A DNA stretch of 63,953 nucleotides, filler included, from Acidimicrobiia bacterium (GTDB lineage: Bacteria; Actinomycetota; Acidimicrobiia; Spongiisociales; CAZKJJ01): NCBI GenBank assembly GCA_046759765.1. It is 8 parts of 8 records of this genome, joined end to end, with 100 filler letters (N's around TTAATTAATTAA, not from the genome) between each part and the next. Parts side by side here need not be neighbours in the genome. Positions count along the whole stretch, not along the records: positions 25,837 to 34,233 come from JBHICV010000112.1; positions 34,334 to 42,711 come from JBHICV010000113.1; 6 more parts are not named here. The stretch is one strand, 5' to 3'. Below are positions 28,617-39,034 of the stretch, in pieces; the stretch's first letter is position 1, and each line of letters starts with the position of its first letter. The translations under genes were made by a program, and so were the position numbers. Under the pieces are notes generated by a model. That model ran no database searches. It had not been told where the DNA came from and saw only the letters and a list, made by a program, of their open reading frames with translations.

Positions 28617-28768
28617 CTGCGCCGGTCCGAGTCGGCGCGGCTGGTGGAAGCTCTCCAGGACCGGCTCATGCACTCCCGGCAGTGATAGGCGCCGTTGAGC
28701 AGAACGAAATCGCCCTCAACGGGCAGACCGCACCGGCTGCACGTTCTGTGCAGGAAGTCATCTGCCAC
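28613..28768 (-). CDS. Putative small zinc-binding protein (CxxC-x16-CxxC)
   Basis: 51 aa: CSRCGLPVEGDFVLLNGAYHCREC. Confidence 0.5.
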   Translation of the reverse strand: MADDFLHRTCSRCGLPVEGDFVLLNGAYHCRECMSRSWRASTSRADSDRRS

Positions 28769-29014
28769 CCGGGAGAAGGGACCGTCCCCCGAGATCAAAT
28801 CTGAAATCAGAACGCCTGGGCTGGAATTGCTCATCAGCTTGTTCCCAGCCACTGAATCGACCGTAGGGACGAAAGCCTTTAGGTATCGCCCTGCACCCGG
28901 CGAGCGCTTGGCAGCTCGCGGTCAGGCGTCGGCAACTGATATGAGCCATCGGTGGCCGCGGACGCCGGCGGGAATGGGCCGAACGAGATCACGAGTCGGT
29001 GCTCCCGGGCGAGG

Positions 29015-30262
29015 TCAGCTCGTCGTGGCGAGAGTGAGCGTCGGAGGATCAGAGTCAAGCCCGTAGTACTCGAAGTGGCCCGGATCCGGGTTAGTCCAAA
29101 GATGGCCGGAGGCGATCCCGACTGCCGCCATCCGGTTCAGCAGCTCCTCGTTGACGGGTGAGCCCGGTCCTCCGCTGCGTGAATTCCCGAAGTTTATGTC
29201 CGCCGCCACTCCCCACGAGTGCCGTGATAGACGGGCTGAGCCTCTCATGTATCGAGACACCCAGCATCCCTGGAAAGCACTCCGATCGATTACGGAGCCG
29301 AGCCCGTCGTCGACGAGGCTCTGCATCACCTCGTGCAGCAGGTCGACGTAGATGCGATGACAGGTCGTCCGTCCCAGGAGCGGCAGATTCTCGGTGGCGA
29401 TGTTGGCGTCAACCCAGTCCGGGTCTATGACGAACCGTCCTCCCGAAGTAGGCCGGTAGGCAAACTCGCCGAATGTCTGCTTGATGAACAGTTGGCTGCG
29501 AACCGTCGGGCGCCGACCGCTGGCTCCGCTGCGATCCCGGACTCGGACAGTCGAGCTGCCCGGCACTGTGTCGTTCAGGAGAACCTCGAGCTCCTCGACG
29601 GATCCGTCGAAGTCGACGAGGGCGTAGCTCCTCTGTGAACGAGGCACTGCCAGCCCGTCGGTCGCGACCACCAGCTCGGCCGAGCCGAGCATCTCATCCG
29701 GGAGCACTGCCGCCACCCGGCCTTCGAAGCCTCCCTCGAAGACGATATGGTCGCCGGCAGCCAGGCGACGGATCTCGGCGGAGCTCTCCCCGAGCAACAC
29801 CTCGTCGGAGGCAAGTGACCCGATCACCAACGCGGCGTCTTCGTCTACGAACCGGCCGTAAGTGGACGCCTCCAGCACGACCCCCTGTGCGGGAATGACG
29901 AAACGTCGGGGCGGCTGATCGACGATCCGGCCGCCAGCTTTGCGTGTCTCGGCGATATGAAGAGTGGCGACCTCGATAATCGTGACGCCGGTCACACCCG
30001 GAACATCGAGCGCCAGCTGATCGAAATCCGGATGCAGGCCGTCGGGCATCCACACTACGAACGCGGTGTCCTCCACCGGAGGCACAGTCGTGGTGGTAGC
30101 AAGAGTATTCGCACTCTTAGCGGCGGGGGTGGTTGTCACGGGAACCACGGATGTATTCACCCTCGGCAGCGACGTCGGAGCCGGCACTGCAGCTGACTGG
30201 CCCCCGCACGACGCAGCCAGCAGCCCCAGCACGACGAGCAGACGTAGGTATCGCGGCAACAT
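29015..30262 (-). CDS. M15 family metallopeptidase lipoprotein
   Basis: Lipobox LAASC; SRHSWGVAADIN and DPGHFE zinc motifs. Confidence 0.88.
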   Translation of the reverse strand: MLPRYLRLLVVLGLLAASCGGQSAAVPAPTSLPRVNTSVVPVTTTPAAKSANTLATTTTVPPVEDTAFVVWMPDGLHPDFDQLALDVPGVTGVTIIEVATLHIAETRKAGGRIVDQPPRRFVIPAQGVVLEASTYGRFVDEDAALVIGSLASDEVLLGESSAEIRRLAAGDHIVFEGGFEGRVAAVLPDEMLGSAELVVATDGLAVPRSQRSYALVDFDGSVEELEVLLNDTVPGSSTVRVRDRSGASGRRPTVRSQLFIKQTFGEFAYRPTSGGRFVIDPDWVDANIATENLPLLGRTTCHRIYVDLLHEVMQSLVDDGLGSVIDRSAFQGCWVSRYMRGSARLSRHSWGVAADINFGNSRSGGPGSPVNEELLNRMAAVGIASGHLWTNPDPGHFEYYGLDSDPPTLTLATTS

Positions 30263-30450
30263 TTCCTTGATCTGGTCGGCTACATCCTCGAACCAATTGA
30301 CGAATTCCTACTTAAGGCAAGTCTCGGACATCGCTTGCTGTGAGCCGAACGTCGTGGAGATCGACCTCAATCCGACGCTCGGGTGGTACTCGGCTAGCCC
30401 GGGGGCGCTCCTGTCGGGCAGAATGGGGCGCCCAGTATCGCGGAGCGGGC

Positions 30451-31602
30451 ATGCGAATCGGGATCCTGACCGGCGGCGGAGATGTTCCCGGCCTCAATGC
30501 TTCCATCAAGGCCGCGGTGAACAGAATCGCCGCCGAGGGTTACGAAGTGGTGGGTATCCGCCGGGGGTGGGATGGATTGGTGCGAACCAATCCTGACGAT
30601 CCCGACACGGTGGCAGAGAACTTCGTGCCGCTTGAACCGGGTGCGGTTCGCACGGTCGACCGAACGGGTGGGACCTTTCTCCATACGTCACGAATCAACC
30701 CCGCCAAGGTAGATCACGCGGAGGTGCCGGCCTTCATCGAGCTGGGCGGGTCGGTCGATGGAGGGGTCGTCGACCTAACTTCGCATGTGCTGGGAGTGCT
30801 GGACTCCCAGAAGATCGACGTGCTCGTTCCCATTGGGGGCGACGACACCCTCTCCTACGGGCTGCGCCTCCACACCGAAGGCCTGCCCATAGTCGCCATC
30901 CCCAAGACCATGGACAACGACGTCCACGGCACCGACTACTGCATCGGATTCTCCACCGCGGTCACCCGGGGCGTGCGCTACATCCACCAACTTCGGACGG
31001 CGACGGGCTCCCACGAGCGAATCGCCGTGGTGGAGCTCTTCGGGCGGTACAGCGGTGAGACATCGCTCGTCACGGCGTACCTGGCAGGAACTGACCGCGC
31101 CATAATCTCGGAGGTCCCCTTTGACATCGATCGGCTAGCCGAGTTCCTCATACAGGACAAGGCCGCCAACCCGTCGAACTACGCCATCACGACGATCTCA
31201 GAAGGGGCGCGTGCTATCGGGGGATCCCTGATGCAGTCCGGGGATACTGACGCCTACGGACATCGGAAACTAGGCGGAATCGGTGCCGCTACCGCCGACC
31301 ACCTGGCCCAGAAGACCGGCTCGCGCATGATCTATCAACAGCTCGCTTACCTGCTGCGCTCCGGTCCGCCGGATTCGCTCGATCTGATGGTGGCGACCAA
31401 CTACGCGGTAACCGCGGCCGACCTGGCGATGGACGGCACACACGGTCGGATGGTGGCCCTACGCGGCGGCACCTATACACACGTTCCCATCTCCGTTACG
31501 GGGGAGGGAGTAAAGCGGGTCGATGTTGACGAGCTATACGACGCCGACGCTTACCTGCCCAAGGTCCGCCACGTCTTGGGCAAGCCCATGTTCCTGTACT
31601 GA
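30451..31602 (+). CDS. pfkA: 6-phosphofructokinase (probably PPi-dependent)
   Basis: [32 protein letters not shown] and ELFGR motifs. Confidence 0.93.
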   Translation: MRIGILTGGGDVPGLNASIKAAVNRIAAEGYEVVGIRRGWDGLVRTNPDDPDTVAENFVPLEPGAVRTVDRTGGTFLHTSRINPAKVDHAEVPAFIELGGSVDGGVVDLTSHVLGVLDSQKIDVLVPIGGDDTLSYGLRLHTEGLPIVAIPKTMDNDVHGTDYCIGFSTAVTRGVRYIHQLRTATGSHERIAVVELFGRYSGETSLVTAYLAGTDRAIISEVPFDIDRLAEFLIQDKAANPSNYAITTISEGARAIGGSLMQSGDTDAYGHRKLGGIGAATADHLAQKTGSRMIYQQLAYLLRSGPPDSLDLMVATNYAVTAADLAMDGTHGRMVALRGGTYTHVPISVTGEGVKRVDVDELYDADAYLPKVRHVLGKPMFLY

Positions 31603-31632
31603 CAAAGAGCGACTTTGGCGAGTGAGGACCGC

Positions 31633-33273
31633 TCAGGCCGTTTCGATCGTCGCCTCGTCGTCCAGCCCGAGCAGCTCGATGCTCATCTCCCGCAACCGGA
31701 ACTTCTGAATCTTGCCAGTGACGGTCATCGGGTATTCGTCGGTGAACGCCACATACTTCGGGATCTTGAAGTGGGCGATCTTCCCCCGGCAGAACTCCCG
31801 GACCTCGTCTTCCGTCAGGTCCGAGCCAGGTTTGCGCACCACCCACGCCATCGGTTGCTCACCGAACTTGGTGTCCGGAATCCCGACGACCTGGGCGTCC
31901 ACGATGTCGGGATGCGTGTAGAGGTACTCCTCGATCTCGCGCGGGTAGATGTTCTCACCGCCGCGAATGATCATGTCCTTTATCCGACCGACGATGTTTA
32001 CGTACCCGTCGGCGTCCATCGTGGCGAGATCGCCCGTGTGCATCCACCCTTCTGAATCCACCGCCTCCGCGGTCTGGGTGGGGTCGTTCCAATAGCCCAT
32101 CATCACCGAGTAACCCCGGGTGCAGATCTCTCCCGACTCACCCCGCGCTAAGGTCTCGCCGCTCTCCGGGTCGACGACCTTCACCTCGACGTGGGGATGC
32201 ACCTGCCCCACCGTCGAGACTCGCCGGTCGATGTCGTCATCCGGGTCGGTCTGGGTCGAGACCGGTGACGTTTCGGTCATGCCGTAGCAGATCGTCACCT
32301 CGTCCATGTGCATGTCGGATATCACCCGCTTCATCACCTCCACCGGGCAGGGGGAGCCTGCCATAATGCCGGTCCGCAGACTGGATAGGTCGTAGTCCTC
32401 GAAGTCTGCTTCGCCCAGCTCGGCAATGAACATGGTGGGAACGCCGTACAGGCTCGTGCATTGCTCCGACTCCACGGTCTGGAGCACTTCCGACGGTTCG
32501 AAGCCGGCTCCGGGGACCACCATCGCGGCCCCGTGGGTGGTGCAGGCCAGGTTCCCCAGCACCATCCCGAAGCAGTGATAGAACGGCACCGGGATGCACA
32601 CTCGGTCCTCCTCGGTGTAGCGGCACAGCTCACCGACGAAGAACCCGTTGTTCAAGATGTTGTAGTGACTGAGTGTCGCACCCTTGGGGAACCCGGTCGT
32701 TCCGGATGTGTATTGGATGTTGATCGGCTGCGTGTGATCGAGACCGACGCTGCGCTTCCGGAGCTCGCCTCGCGGCACCGACTCTCCTGCCAACAACAGG
32801 TCATCCCAGGCGGGTGATCCGAGAAAGATCGTCTCTTCCAGGGTCTCCAGGTCATTCTGAACCTCCGCGACCATGTCGCGATAGTCCGAGGTCTTGAAAC
32901 TTGATGCCGAGACTAAGAAGCGACAGCCCGACTGCCCCAGCGCATACTCGAGCTCAGATGTCCGGTAGGCCGGGTTGATGTTGACGAGGATCGCTCCGAT
33001 CTTGGCGGTGGCGTACTGGATCAGCACCCACTCAGCGTTGTTGGGCGACCAGATACCGACCCGGTCGCCTACTTCGATGCCGCGGTCGAGGAGCCCCCCT
33101 GCCAGCGTGTCCACTGCATCGTTGAACTCCGCGTATGTGTACCGCTGGTCTTGGTAGGGCACCACCAGCGCCTCCCGGTCCGGAAACCGTTCAACGGTCG
33201 CTTCCAGGTTCTGCCCGATTGTTTGAGTCAGCAGCGGAACATCCACCCGCCCGCTCGCTTGTGCCACCGTCAT
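31633..33273 (-). CDS. AMP-binding fatty-acyl-CoA ligase (ACSF2/YngI-like)
   Basis: [29 protein letters not shown] and GKIQK motifs. Confidence 0.95.
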   Translation of the reverse strand: MTVAQASGRVDVPLLTQTIGQNLEATVERFPDREALVVPYQDQRYTYAEFNDAVDTLAGGLLDRGIEVGDRVGIWSPNNAEWVLIQYATAKIGAILVNINPAYRTSELEYALGQSGCRFLVSASSFKTSDYRDMVAEVQNDLETLEETIFLGSPAWDDLLLAGESVPRGELRKRSVGLDHTQPINIQYTSGTTGFPKGATLSHYNILNNGFFVGELCRYTEEDRVCIPVPFYHCFGMVLGNLACTTHGAAMVVPGAGFEPSEVLQTVESEQCTSLYGVPTMFIAELGEADFEDYDLSSLRTGIMAGSPCPVEVMKRVISDMHMDEVTICYGMTETSPVSTQTDPDDDIDRRVSTVGQVHPHVEVKVVDPESGETLARGESGEICTRGYSVMMGYWNDPTQTAEAVDSEGWMHTGDLATMDADGYVNIVGRIKDMIIRGGENIYPREIEEYLYTHPDIVDAQVVGIPDTKFGEQPMAWVVRKPGSDLTEDEVREFCRGKIAHFKIPKYVAFTDEYPMTVTGKIQKFRLREMSIELLGLDDEATIETA

Positions 33274-33320
33274 GCCTTCGCCCTTCGCCAGAGTTCAACA
33301 ACCCTATCCGGACCGCTCGA

Positions 33321-34232
33321 TCAGAGCCGATCCAGGGCCTGTTCCAGATCCTCGATCAGATCCTCGACGTCTTCGAGCCCGACTGACAGGCGTACCAGCG
33401 GATCCGTGATCCCTACCCGAGCCCGCTCGGTTGGGTCGACATCCCCGTGTGTCATGGTCACCGGATGGGTGATCAGCGACTCAACCGAGCCAAGGTTCTC
33501 GGCGAGCGCCCACAACTCGACCGAGTCCATGAGCTTCTTGCCGGCGTCCAGTTCTCCTTCGACCTCGAAGGTAACCATCGCCCCGAAACCAGACGCCTGC
33601 CGCTTGGCCAAGTCGTGCTGAGGAAAGGATCCGAGACCCGGATAGGTAACCATGGACACCTTGGGATGCTCCTCGAGGAACCTGGCGATGACCATCGCGT
33701 TGTCGGACTGCCGCTCCATCCGGTCGGCGAGTGTCTTGACGCCCTGCAGAGTCAGCCACGCCACCTGAGGTGACATGATGGTGCCGGTGGCGTTCTGGAT
33801 GAAGGCAACCTGATCATGCAGGTCCGAAGTGCGACTCACGACCGACCCGCCCACCGTGGCGTTGTGGCCGTCCAGATACTTCGTGGTCGAGTGGACGACC
33901 AGATCGGCGCCGAGCTCGAGCGGGCGCTGGAGATAGGGCGTCAGAAATGTGTTGTCGATCGCATGAAGAATGCCGTGGCTTCTCGCCCAGTCCGAGATAG
34001 CCGCGATGTCGGTGAGTTTGAGCGTGGGATTGGCAGGCGTCTCCGTGAGGATCAGCCGCGTGTTGTCGCGGCGCGATTCCTCGACCTTGCTCGGGTCGGC
34101 TGTGTCGACGAACGCGGGTTCGACGCCGAACCGAGCGAGAACCTTGGTTGCCAAGCGGTAGGTCCCGCCGTAGGCAACGTCGGAGATGATGACGTGGGTA
34201 CCGGCTTCACAGAAGGCCAGAAATACCGCGGC
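33321..34232 (-). CDS. PLP-dependent trans-sulfuration enzyme (cystathionine gamma-synthase/lyase family), 5' truncated
   Basis: YGGT, ETPANP, DNTF, HSTTKYLDGH and VRLSVGLE motifs. Confidence 0.93.
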   Translation of the reverse strand, partial: AAVFLAFCEAGTHVIISDVAYGGTYRLATKVLARFGVEPAFVDTADPSKVEESRRDNTRLILTETPANPTLKLTDIAAISDWARSHGILHAIDNTFLTPYLQRPLELGADLVVHSTTKYLDGHNATVGGSVVSRTSDLHDQVAFIQNATGTIMSPQVAWLTLQGVKTLADRMERQSDNAMVIARFLEEHPKVSMVTYPGLGSFPQHDLAKRQASGFGAMVTFEVEGELDAGKKLMDSVELWALAENLGSVESLITHPVTMTHGDVDPTERARVGITDPLVRLSVGLEDVEDLIEDLEQALDRL

Positions 34233-34233
34233 G

Positions 34234-34333
34234 NNNNNNNNNNNNNNNNNNNNNNNNNNNNNNNNNNNNNNNNNNNNTTAATTAATTAANNNNNNNNNNN
34301 NNNNNNNNNNNNNNNNNNNNNNNNNNNNNNNNN
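34234..34333. other. Artificial contig linker
   Basis: N run + TTAATTAATTAA + N run. Confidence 0.99.
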
Positions 34334-34335
34334 GA

Positions 34336-35013
34336 ACGGAAGGCGGCTCGGATCTGGCAGCTGCCCACGACGCGTTTCTGCTTGAACATATGGACGACTG
34401 GCTGGTCCGTGAGATCGTTCTCTACTGGAAGCGAACTCTGAAGCGGCTGGATGTCGGATCCCGCACGGCTTTCACGTTGGTCGAACCCGGCAGTTGCTTC
34501 GTGGGTTTGCTAGCGGAGCTGGTGTTCGCTGCCGACCGGAGCTACATGCTCGAGGGGCAGCGAGTCGGAGATGACCGAGAGGCGCCCGTCCTTCGACTCA
34601 CGAGCATGAACCTCGGCCCCTTGCCTATGCCCAATGGCCTCTCTCGCCTCGAAACCCGCTTCTGGGGCCACCCCGAGCGTCTGGCCGAGGCTGAGGCCAT
34701 GGCGGGAAAGAATCTCACCGCCAAGGAAGCGGAAGATGCAGGTCTCGTGACTTTCGCCCTCGACGAAATCGACTGGGATGACGAGCTCCGACTTGCTATC
34801 GAGGAGCGGGCAAGCTTCTCACCCGATTCTCTCAGCGGCATGGAAGCGAACTTGCGCTTCGCTGGACCCGAGACCATGGAGACGAAGATCTTCGGCCGGC
34901 TATCCGCGTGGCAGAACTGGGTGTTCTCCCGGCCGAACGCGTCGGGAGAGGAAGGCGCGCTGCGCCGATATGGGACCGGCGTACGCCCCACGTATGATCG
35001 CGAGCGCACATGA
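34336..35013 (+). CDS. boxC: 2,3-epoxybenzoyl-CoA dihydrolase BoxC, 5' truncated
   Basis: SPDSLSGMEANLRFAGPETMETKIFGRLSAWQNWVF is the BoxC C-terminus; upstream of boxB. Confidence 0.92.
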   Translation, partial: TEGGSDLAAAHDAFLLEHMDDWLVREIVLYWKRTLKRLDVGSRTAFTLVEPGSCFVGLLAELVFAADRSYMLEGQRVGDDREAPVLRLTSMNLGPLPMPNGLSRLETRFWGHPERLAEAEAMAGKNLTAKEAEDAGLVTFALDEIDWDDELRLAIEERASFSPDSLSGMEANLRFAGPETMETKIFGRLSAWQNWVFSRPNASGEEGALRRYGTGVRPTYDRERT

Positions 35014-35023
35014 GATCTCCGGG

Positions 35024-35078
35024 TTTCGTGTCAATGCACGCGTCGCTTTCCGACGCGTCGATTGACAGGAACGCGAAA
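35024..35078. repeat. REP-like palindromic element, family 1 copy 2
   Basis: TTTCGTGTCAATG...CGATTGACAGGAACGCG; 17 bp identical (reverse complement) to 26496-26512. Confidence 0.75.
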
Positions 35079-35089
35079 CGGAGGGACGG

Positions 35090-36532
35090 GTGAGCTTGGA
35101 CGTCGACTACGACGAGCAGATCCCCAACAACGTGGGGCTGGCTGACGACGCCCGGCTCAAGCGGGCGCTCGAGTCCTGGCATCCTGGATATCTGGACTGG
35201 TGGATGCGGATGGGTCCGGACGGCTTCCAGGAGGCCCTCGTGTATCTCCGTACGGCGGTGAGTGTCGACCCGAGGGGTTGGGCGCGCTTCGACTACGTGA
35301 AGATGCCAGATTACCGGTGGGGGATCCTGCTGGCCCCGGCCGTAGAAGGCCGAACGGTTCAATGTGGCGTCCACGTCGGGGAGCCGGCCTGGCAGGAGGT
35401 ACCGGGTGAGTATCGGGCCTTGCTGCGGCGGCTGGTAGTCATCCAGGGCGACACAGAGCCGGCCTCCGTCGAGCAGCAGCGCTATCTGGGCAAGACCGCA
35501 CCATCGCTCTACGACATGCGGAACCTATTCCAGGTGAACGTCGAGGAGGGGCGACACCTGTGGGCGATGGTCTACCTACTTCAGCGCTACTTCGGGCGGG
35601 ACGGACGCGAGGAGTCCGAGGAGCTCCTCCGAAGGCAATCGGGAGATGTGGACAAGCCCCGAATCCTGGGTGCTTTTAACGAGCAGACGCCGGATTGGCT
35701 GTCCTTCTTTCTCTTTACCTTCTTCACCGATCGGGACGGCCGCATGCAACTCGGCGCTCTCGCCGAGTCCGGCTTCGATCCGCTCTCGCGCACGTGCCGG
35801 TTCATGCTCACCGAAGAGGCCTTCCATATGTTCGTGGGCGAGTCGGGACTCACCCGGATTCTGCAAAGCACCTGCGAGGCCATGCGGACGGCGGGGATCG
35901 AGGATCCCTACGACGTTGAAGCGGTGCGAAAGCTCGGCGTCATCGACCTGCCGTTGATTCAGAGAAAGGCCAATCTGCACTACTCACTGACACTGGACCT
36001 CTTCGGATCCGAGATCTCAACCAATGCCGCCAACGCCTTCAACTCCGGCCTCAAGGGCCGGTTCCAGGAGTCCAAGATCGACGATGACCACCAGCTGTCG
36101 GAGGACACGTACCCGGTGCTCCAGGCCACCAATGGCGGTTTCGAAGTGCGGGACCAGCCGGCCCTAACCGCCCTAAATACCCGGCTACGGGACGACTTCA
36201 TCACCAACTGCTCCCGCGGCATCGACCGCTTCAACAAGACGATCGCAAGCACTGGCGTCGACTTCGAGTTGCGGCTGCCCCACCTGGCTTTCCATCGACA
36301 GATAGGGGAGTTCGCCGGTATGCGCGTTTCTCCCGACGGTTCCATCCTCAGTGAGAAAGAGTGGGATAGCCGGCGCTCGGAGTTCCTGCCCACATCGGAG
36401 GATGCCGACTTCATCACGGAGTTGATGAAGCAAGAGGTGGGCGCCGGCGAGTTTGCCTCCTGGATCGCTCCTCCCCGTTCTGGCATCGACAACAAGCCGG
36501 GGGACTTCGAGTACGTGCGGCTGGTCGCCTGA
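35090..36532 (+). CDS. boxB: Benzoyl-CoA 2,3-epoxidase subunit BoxB
   Basis: IPNNV, QGDTEPASVEQQ, NVEEGRHLWAM, TDRDG and TEEAFH diiron motifs. Confidence 0.96.
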   Translation: MSLDVDYDEQIPNNVGLADDARLKRALESWHPGYLDWWMRMGPDGFQEALVYLRTAVSVDPRGWARFDYVKMPDYRWGILLAPAVEGRTVQCGVHVGEPAWQEVPGEYRALLRRLVVIQGDTEPASVEQQRYLGKTAPSLYDMRNLFQVNVEEGRHLWAMVYLLQRYFGRDGREESEELLRRQSGDVDKPRILGAFNEQTPDWLSFFLFTFFTDRDGRMQLGALAESGFDPLSRTCRFMLTEEAFHMFVGESGLTRILQSTCEAMRTAGIEDPYDVEAVRKLGVIDLPLIQRKANLHYSLTLDLFGSEISTNAANAFNSGLKGRFQESKIDDDHQLSEDTYPVLQATNGGFEVRDQPALTALNTRLRDDFITNCSRGIDRFNKTIASTGVDFELRLPHLAFHRQIGEFAGMRVSPDGSILSEKEWDSRRSEFLPTSEDADFITELMKQEVGAGEFASWIAPPRSGIDNKPGDFEYVRLVA

Positions 36533-36533
36533 G

Positions 36534-36959
36534 GTGGAGGCCTTCGCCCATCGCCGACGGGTCACTTGGTCCGACACGGACACCGCCCGCATCGCCTATA
36601 CGGTCAGGATCCTCGACTACGCCATGGACGCGATCGAAGCCTGGTGGGAAGTCACGTTCGGGGTGACCTGGTATGGAATGGTCGTGGATCGTGGCACCGG
36701 CGGACCGTGGGTGCACTTCGACGCCGATATCTCGGCCCCGCTCACGCCGGAGCACGAGGTCAGCAGCAGCGTGTTCGTCGAGAAGGTCGGCACGACGTCG
36801 CTGTCGTTCAGGGTCGAGGGAGTGCGGTCGGACGGCGTGCCTTGTTACGTCGCCCATCTGACCACCGTCTTCGTCGACCACGACGAGTGGAAGCCGATTC
36901 CGATTCCGGACGATTTCCTGAAGCCGATCAATGAGTACCGGCGGGCAGCGGGGAGCTGA
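36534..36959 (+). CDS. Acyl-CoA thioesterase (4HBT hot-dog fold)
   Basis: VTWSDTDTARIAY, VEKVGTTSL and PIPIP motifs. Confidence 0.85.
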   Translation: MEAFAHRRRVTWSDTDTARIAYTVRILDYAMDAIEAWWEVTFGVTWYGMVVDRGTGGPWVHFDADISAPLTPEHEVSSSVFVEKVGTTSLSFRVEGVRSDGVPCYVAHLTTVFVDHDEWKPIPIPDDFLKPINEYRRAAGS

Positions 36960-36972
36960 CGAAGCCTCGAGG

Positions 36973-37023
36973 TTTCCTGTCAATCTGAATGGCGCCAGGC
37001 GACATTGCGATGACAGAACGCGG
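36973..37023. repeat. REP-like palindromic element, family 1 copy 3
   Basis: TTTCCTGTCAATCT...GATGACAGAACGCGG between convergent genes. Confidence 0.7.
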
Positions 37024-37025
37024 CC

Positions 37026-37823
37026 TTAGACCGACTCGTCGTGGACCTCGACCAGCCGGTTGACGAAGTCGGTGATCGCCTCGAGCGTTGCCTCGGGCTG
37101 CTCCAGATAGGGGGAGTGGCCGCAGTCGGGTAGCACCAGCTTCTCCACCGGAGCCATGATCTCGTCGAGCGCGTCGATGTGAGCCAGAGTCCCGTGGCCG
37201 TCGTCCTCACCCTGGATGGCGAGGATGGGCACGCGGATGTAGTCCAGGTATTCGGTGATGTCCCAGTCCTTGAATCCCGGATCTTGCCAGGCATCGGCCC
37301 AGCCCTGGAAGGCGATGTCGACATGCTCATGGTGGCGAGCTAGGCGTTCCCGCAGATCTCCTTCTTCGAAATCGTGCGTGATCTCGCGGCCTTTGGCCCT
37401 GGTGACCTCTTCCGTGAAGAAGTGGGGGGCCATCAGCACCAGACCGCGGACTCGGAGGTCGCCGCTCCCGCCTGCATATACCGCCGCGATTGAGGCGCCA
37501 TCGGAGTGCCCGATCAGGATGGCCTTCTGTACTCCCGTGGCGTCGAGGACCTTGCCTACTACGTCACGGGCCTCGTCTTCCATGAAGGTGAGTGGTCGAG
37601 GGAGTTCGATTGGATCTGAACGGCCGTAGCCCGCCCGGCTGTAGACGAGGCCGCCGATTCTGTTCTCCGCCACGACACGATCGGGAAAGTTCTTCCACGT
37701 GCTGACCGATCCCAGGCCGTGGTGCAGGAACACAAGAGTGATCGCCGCGTCCGGTGCCTCCCCGATCCACCGGTACTCGAGACGCGTGCCGTCGACGACG
37801 AGGGAGTGGGATCCGGCCGTCAC
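37026..37823 (-). CDS. Alpha/beta hydrolase (box-cluster-associated lactonase-like)
   Basis: LHHGLGS, GHSDG, QGEDD and CGHSP motifs. Confidence 0.9.
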   Translation of the reverse strand: MTAGSHSLVVDGTRLEYRWIGEAPDAAITLVFLHHGLGSVSTWKNFPDRVVAENRIGGLVYSRAGYGRSDPIELPRPLTFMEDEARDVVGKVLDATGVQKAILIGHSDGASIAAVYAGGSGDLRVRGLVLMAPHFFTEEVTRAKGREITHDFEEGDLRERLARHHEHVDIAFQGWADAWQDPGFKDWDITEYLDYIRVPILAIQGEDDGHGTLAHIDALDEIMAPVEKLVLPDCGHSPYLEQPEATLEAITDFVNRLVEVHDESV

Positions 37824-38101
37824 CCCGTCTCGACCTGCTCGATCTGGGTAAGGACTCGGTCGGCTCCCAGACCATCAGCGATCTTCCGGGCGCGCTTGAG
37901 CGAACTCTTGAGTGCGAAGGACAGTATTTGGAACGAGCCCGCGTCATCCAGGACAGCCAGGTCATGGTGCCGGCAGAAGCGGGCCCCTTCCGGAAGGGCC
38001 TCACCGCACTCGGGACAGCGGGAACCGAGCTCACTACCACAAGAGGGACAGAACCGGGCGTCAGTCTCGACTTCTGGCGAGCAGGAAGGGCAAGTCGACA
38101 T
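37820..38101 (-). pseudogene. Double zinc-ribbon ORF, probable internal-deletion remnant of a DZR-cyclase-AAA-TPR gene
   Basis: CPSC..ARFCPSCG..CPECG..ARFC breaks inside the 4th CxxC, then a helical tail typical of TPR C-termini. Confidence 0.55.
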
Positions 38102-38135
38102 AGTGGGCGAGTCTACGAGAAGCGAACCCAGGAAA

Positions 38136-38966
38136 TCACAGGGCGATCACGGCCACGGCAGCAATCGCCAAGGCCAGCCCGGCGAGCTGGGATTGACTGA
38201 GTCGCTCGTGGAAGAAAATCCGCGCCAGGCCGACAGTAGCCGCCGGATAGAGCGAGGTGATGACCGCCACAATGGCGAGCAGCCCGATGTGAGCGGCCGC
38301 GATGAAAGCGAAGTTCCCTGTGACCGAGCAGAGGCCCGAAGCCACCACCGCCTTCCAGGCAGTTCGATCTGGCAGGAGATGCCTCGCGGTCAGCCATCCC
38401 AGCCCCAGGGTGATGATCGAGCCGGTGACCCGTGCGGAGAGCAGCGGCCACGCTCCCGAGTCGGCGCCGGTCCGGCTGAAGGCTATGTACAACACCGCGA
38501 AACCGAGGCCGGCGAGCAAACCGAACATCAACCCGGGCTTCACGGGCCGATCGGGATGATCATCGGGCACCCTCGAAACAAGCGCGATGGCGATGACACC
38601 GAGGAAGATGCCGATCCAATCGAGAGATTCCGGACGGTCGCCAACCACCACCCCGAACAGAACCGCGAGGGCGGCGGCGGACACCGCTGAGACCGGAGCG
38701 ACCACGCCCACTCTGCTGGCCGCGAATCCTCGATAAAGCGCCAAAACACCGAGCCCACCCCCCGCCCCGGCGACGGCTCCCCACAACCAGTCCTCTGCGC
38801 TTGGATCAGCTTCGAAGAACGGAGCGGCAATGAGAAGCGCGCCAACTCCGACAATCTGCACCCAGAGCGCGACGCCGAAGACATGACCGCGGCGCGAGGC
38901 CACGCCACCGAGGAAGTCGGCGGTTCCCACGAATCCAGCGGCCAACAACGAGAGAGCTATCTCCAT
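38136..38966 (-). CDS. EamA/DMT family transporter
   Basis: ADFLGG, VGVVAP, SLYP and HERL motifs; about ten TM helices. Confidence 0.92.
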   Translation of the reverse strand: MEIALSLLAAGFVGTADFLGGVASRRGHVFGVALWVQIVGVGALLIAAPFFEADPSAEDWLWGAVAGAGGGLGVLALYRGFAASRVGVVAPVSAVSAAALAVLFGVVVGDRPESLDWIGIFLGVIAIALVSRVPDDHPDRPVKPGLMFGLLAGLGFAVLYIAFSRTGADSGAWPLLSARVTGSIITLGLGWLTARHLLPDRTAWKAVVASGLCSVTGNFAFIAAAHIGLLAIVAVITSLYPAATVGLARIFFHERLSQSQLAGLALAIAAVAVIAL

Positions 38967-39034
38967 GGAAGGGCGCAGGCTAGAACCAGCGGATTCCCCT
39001 CACACTGGAGGCCGGCGACGCCTAGTTTTGTAGC

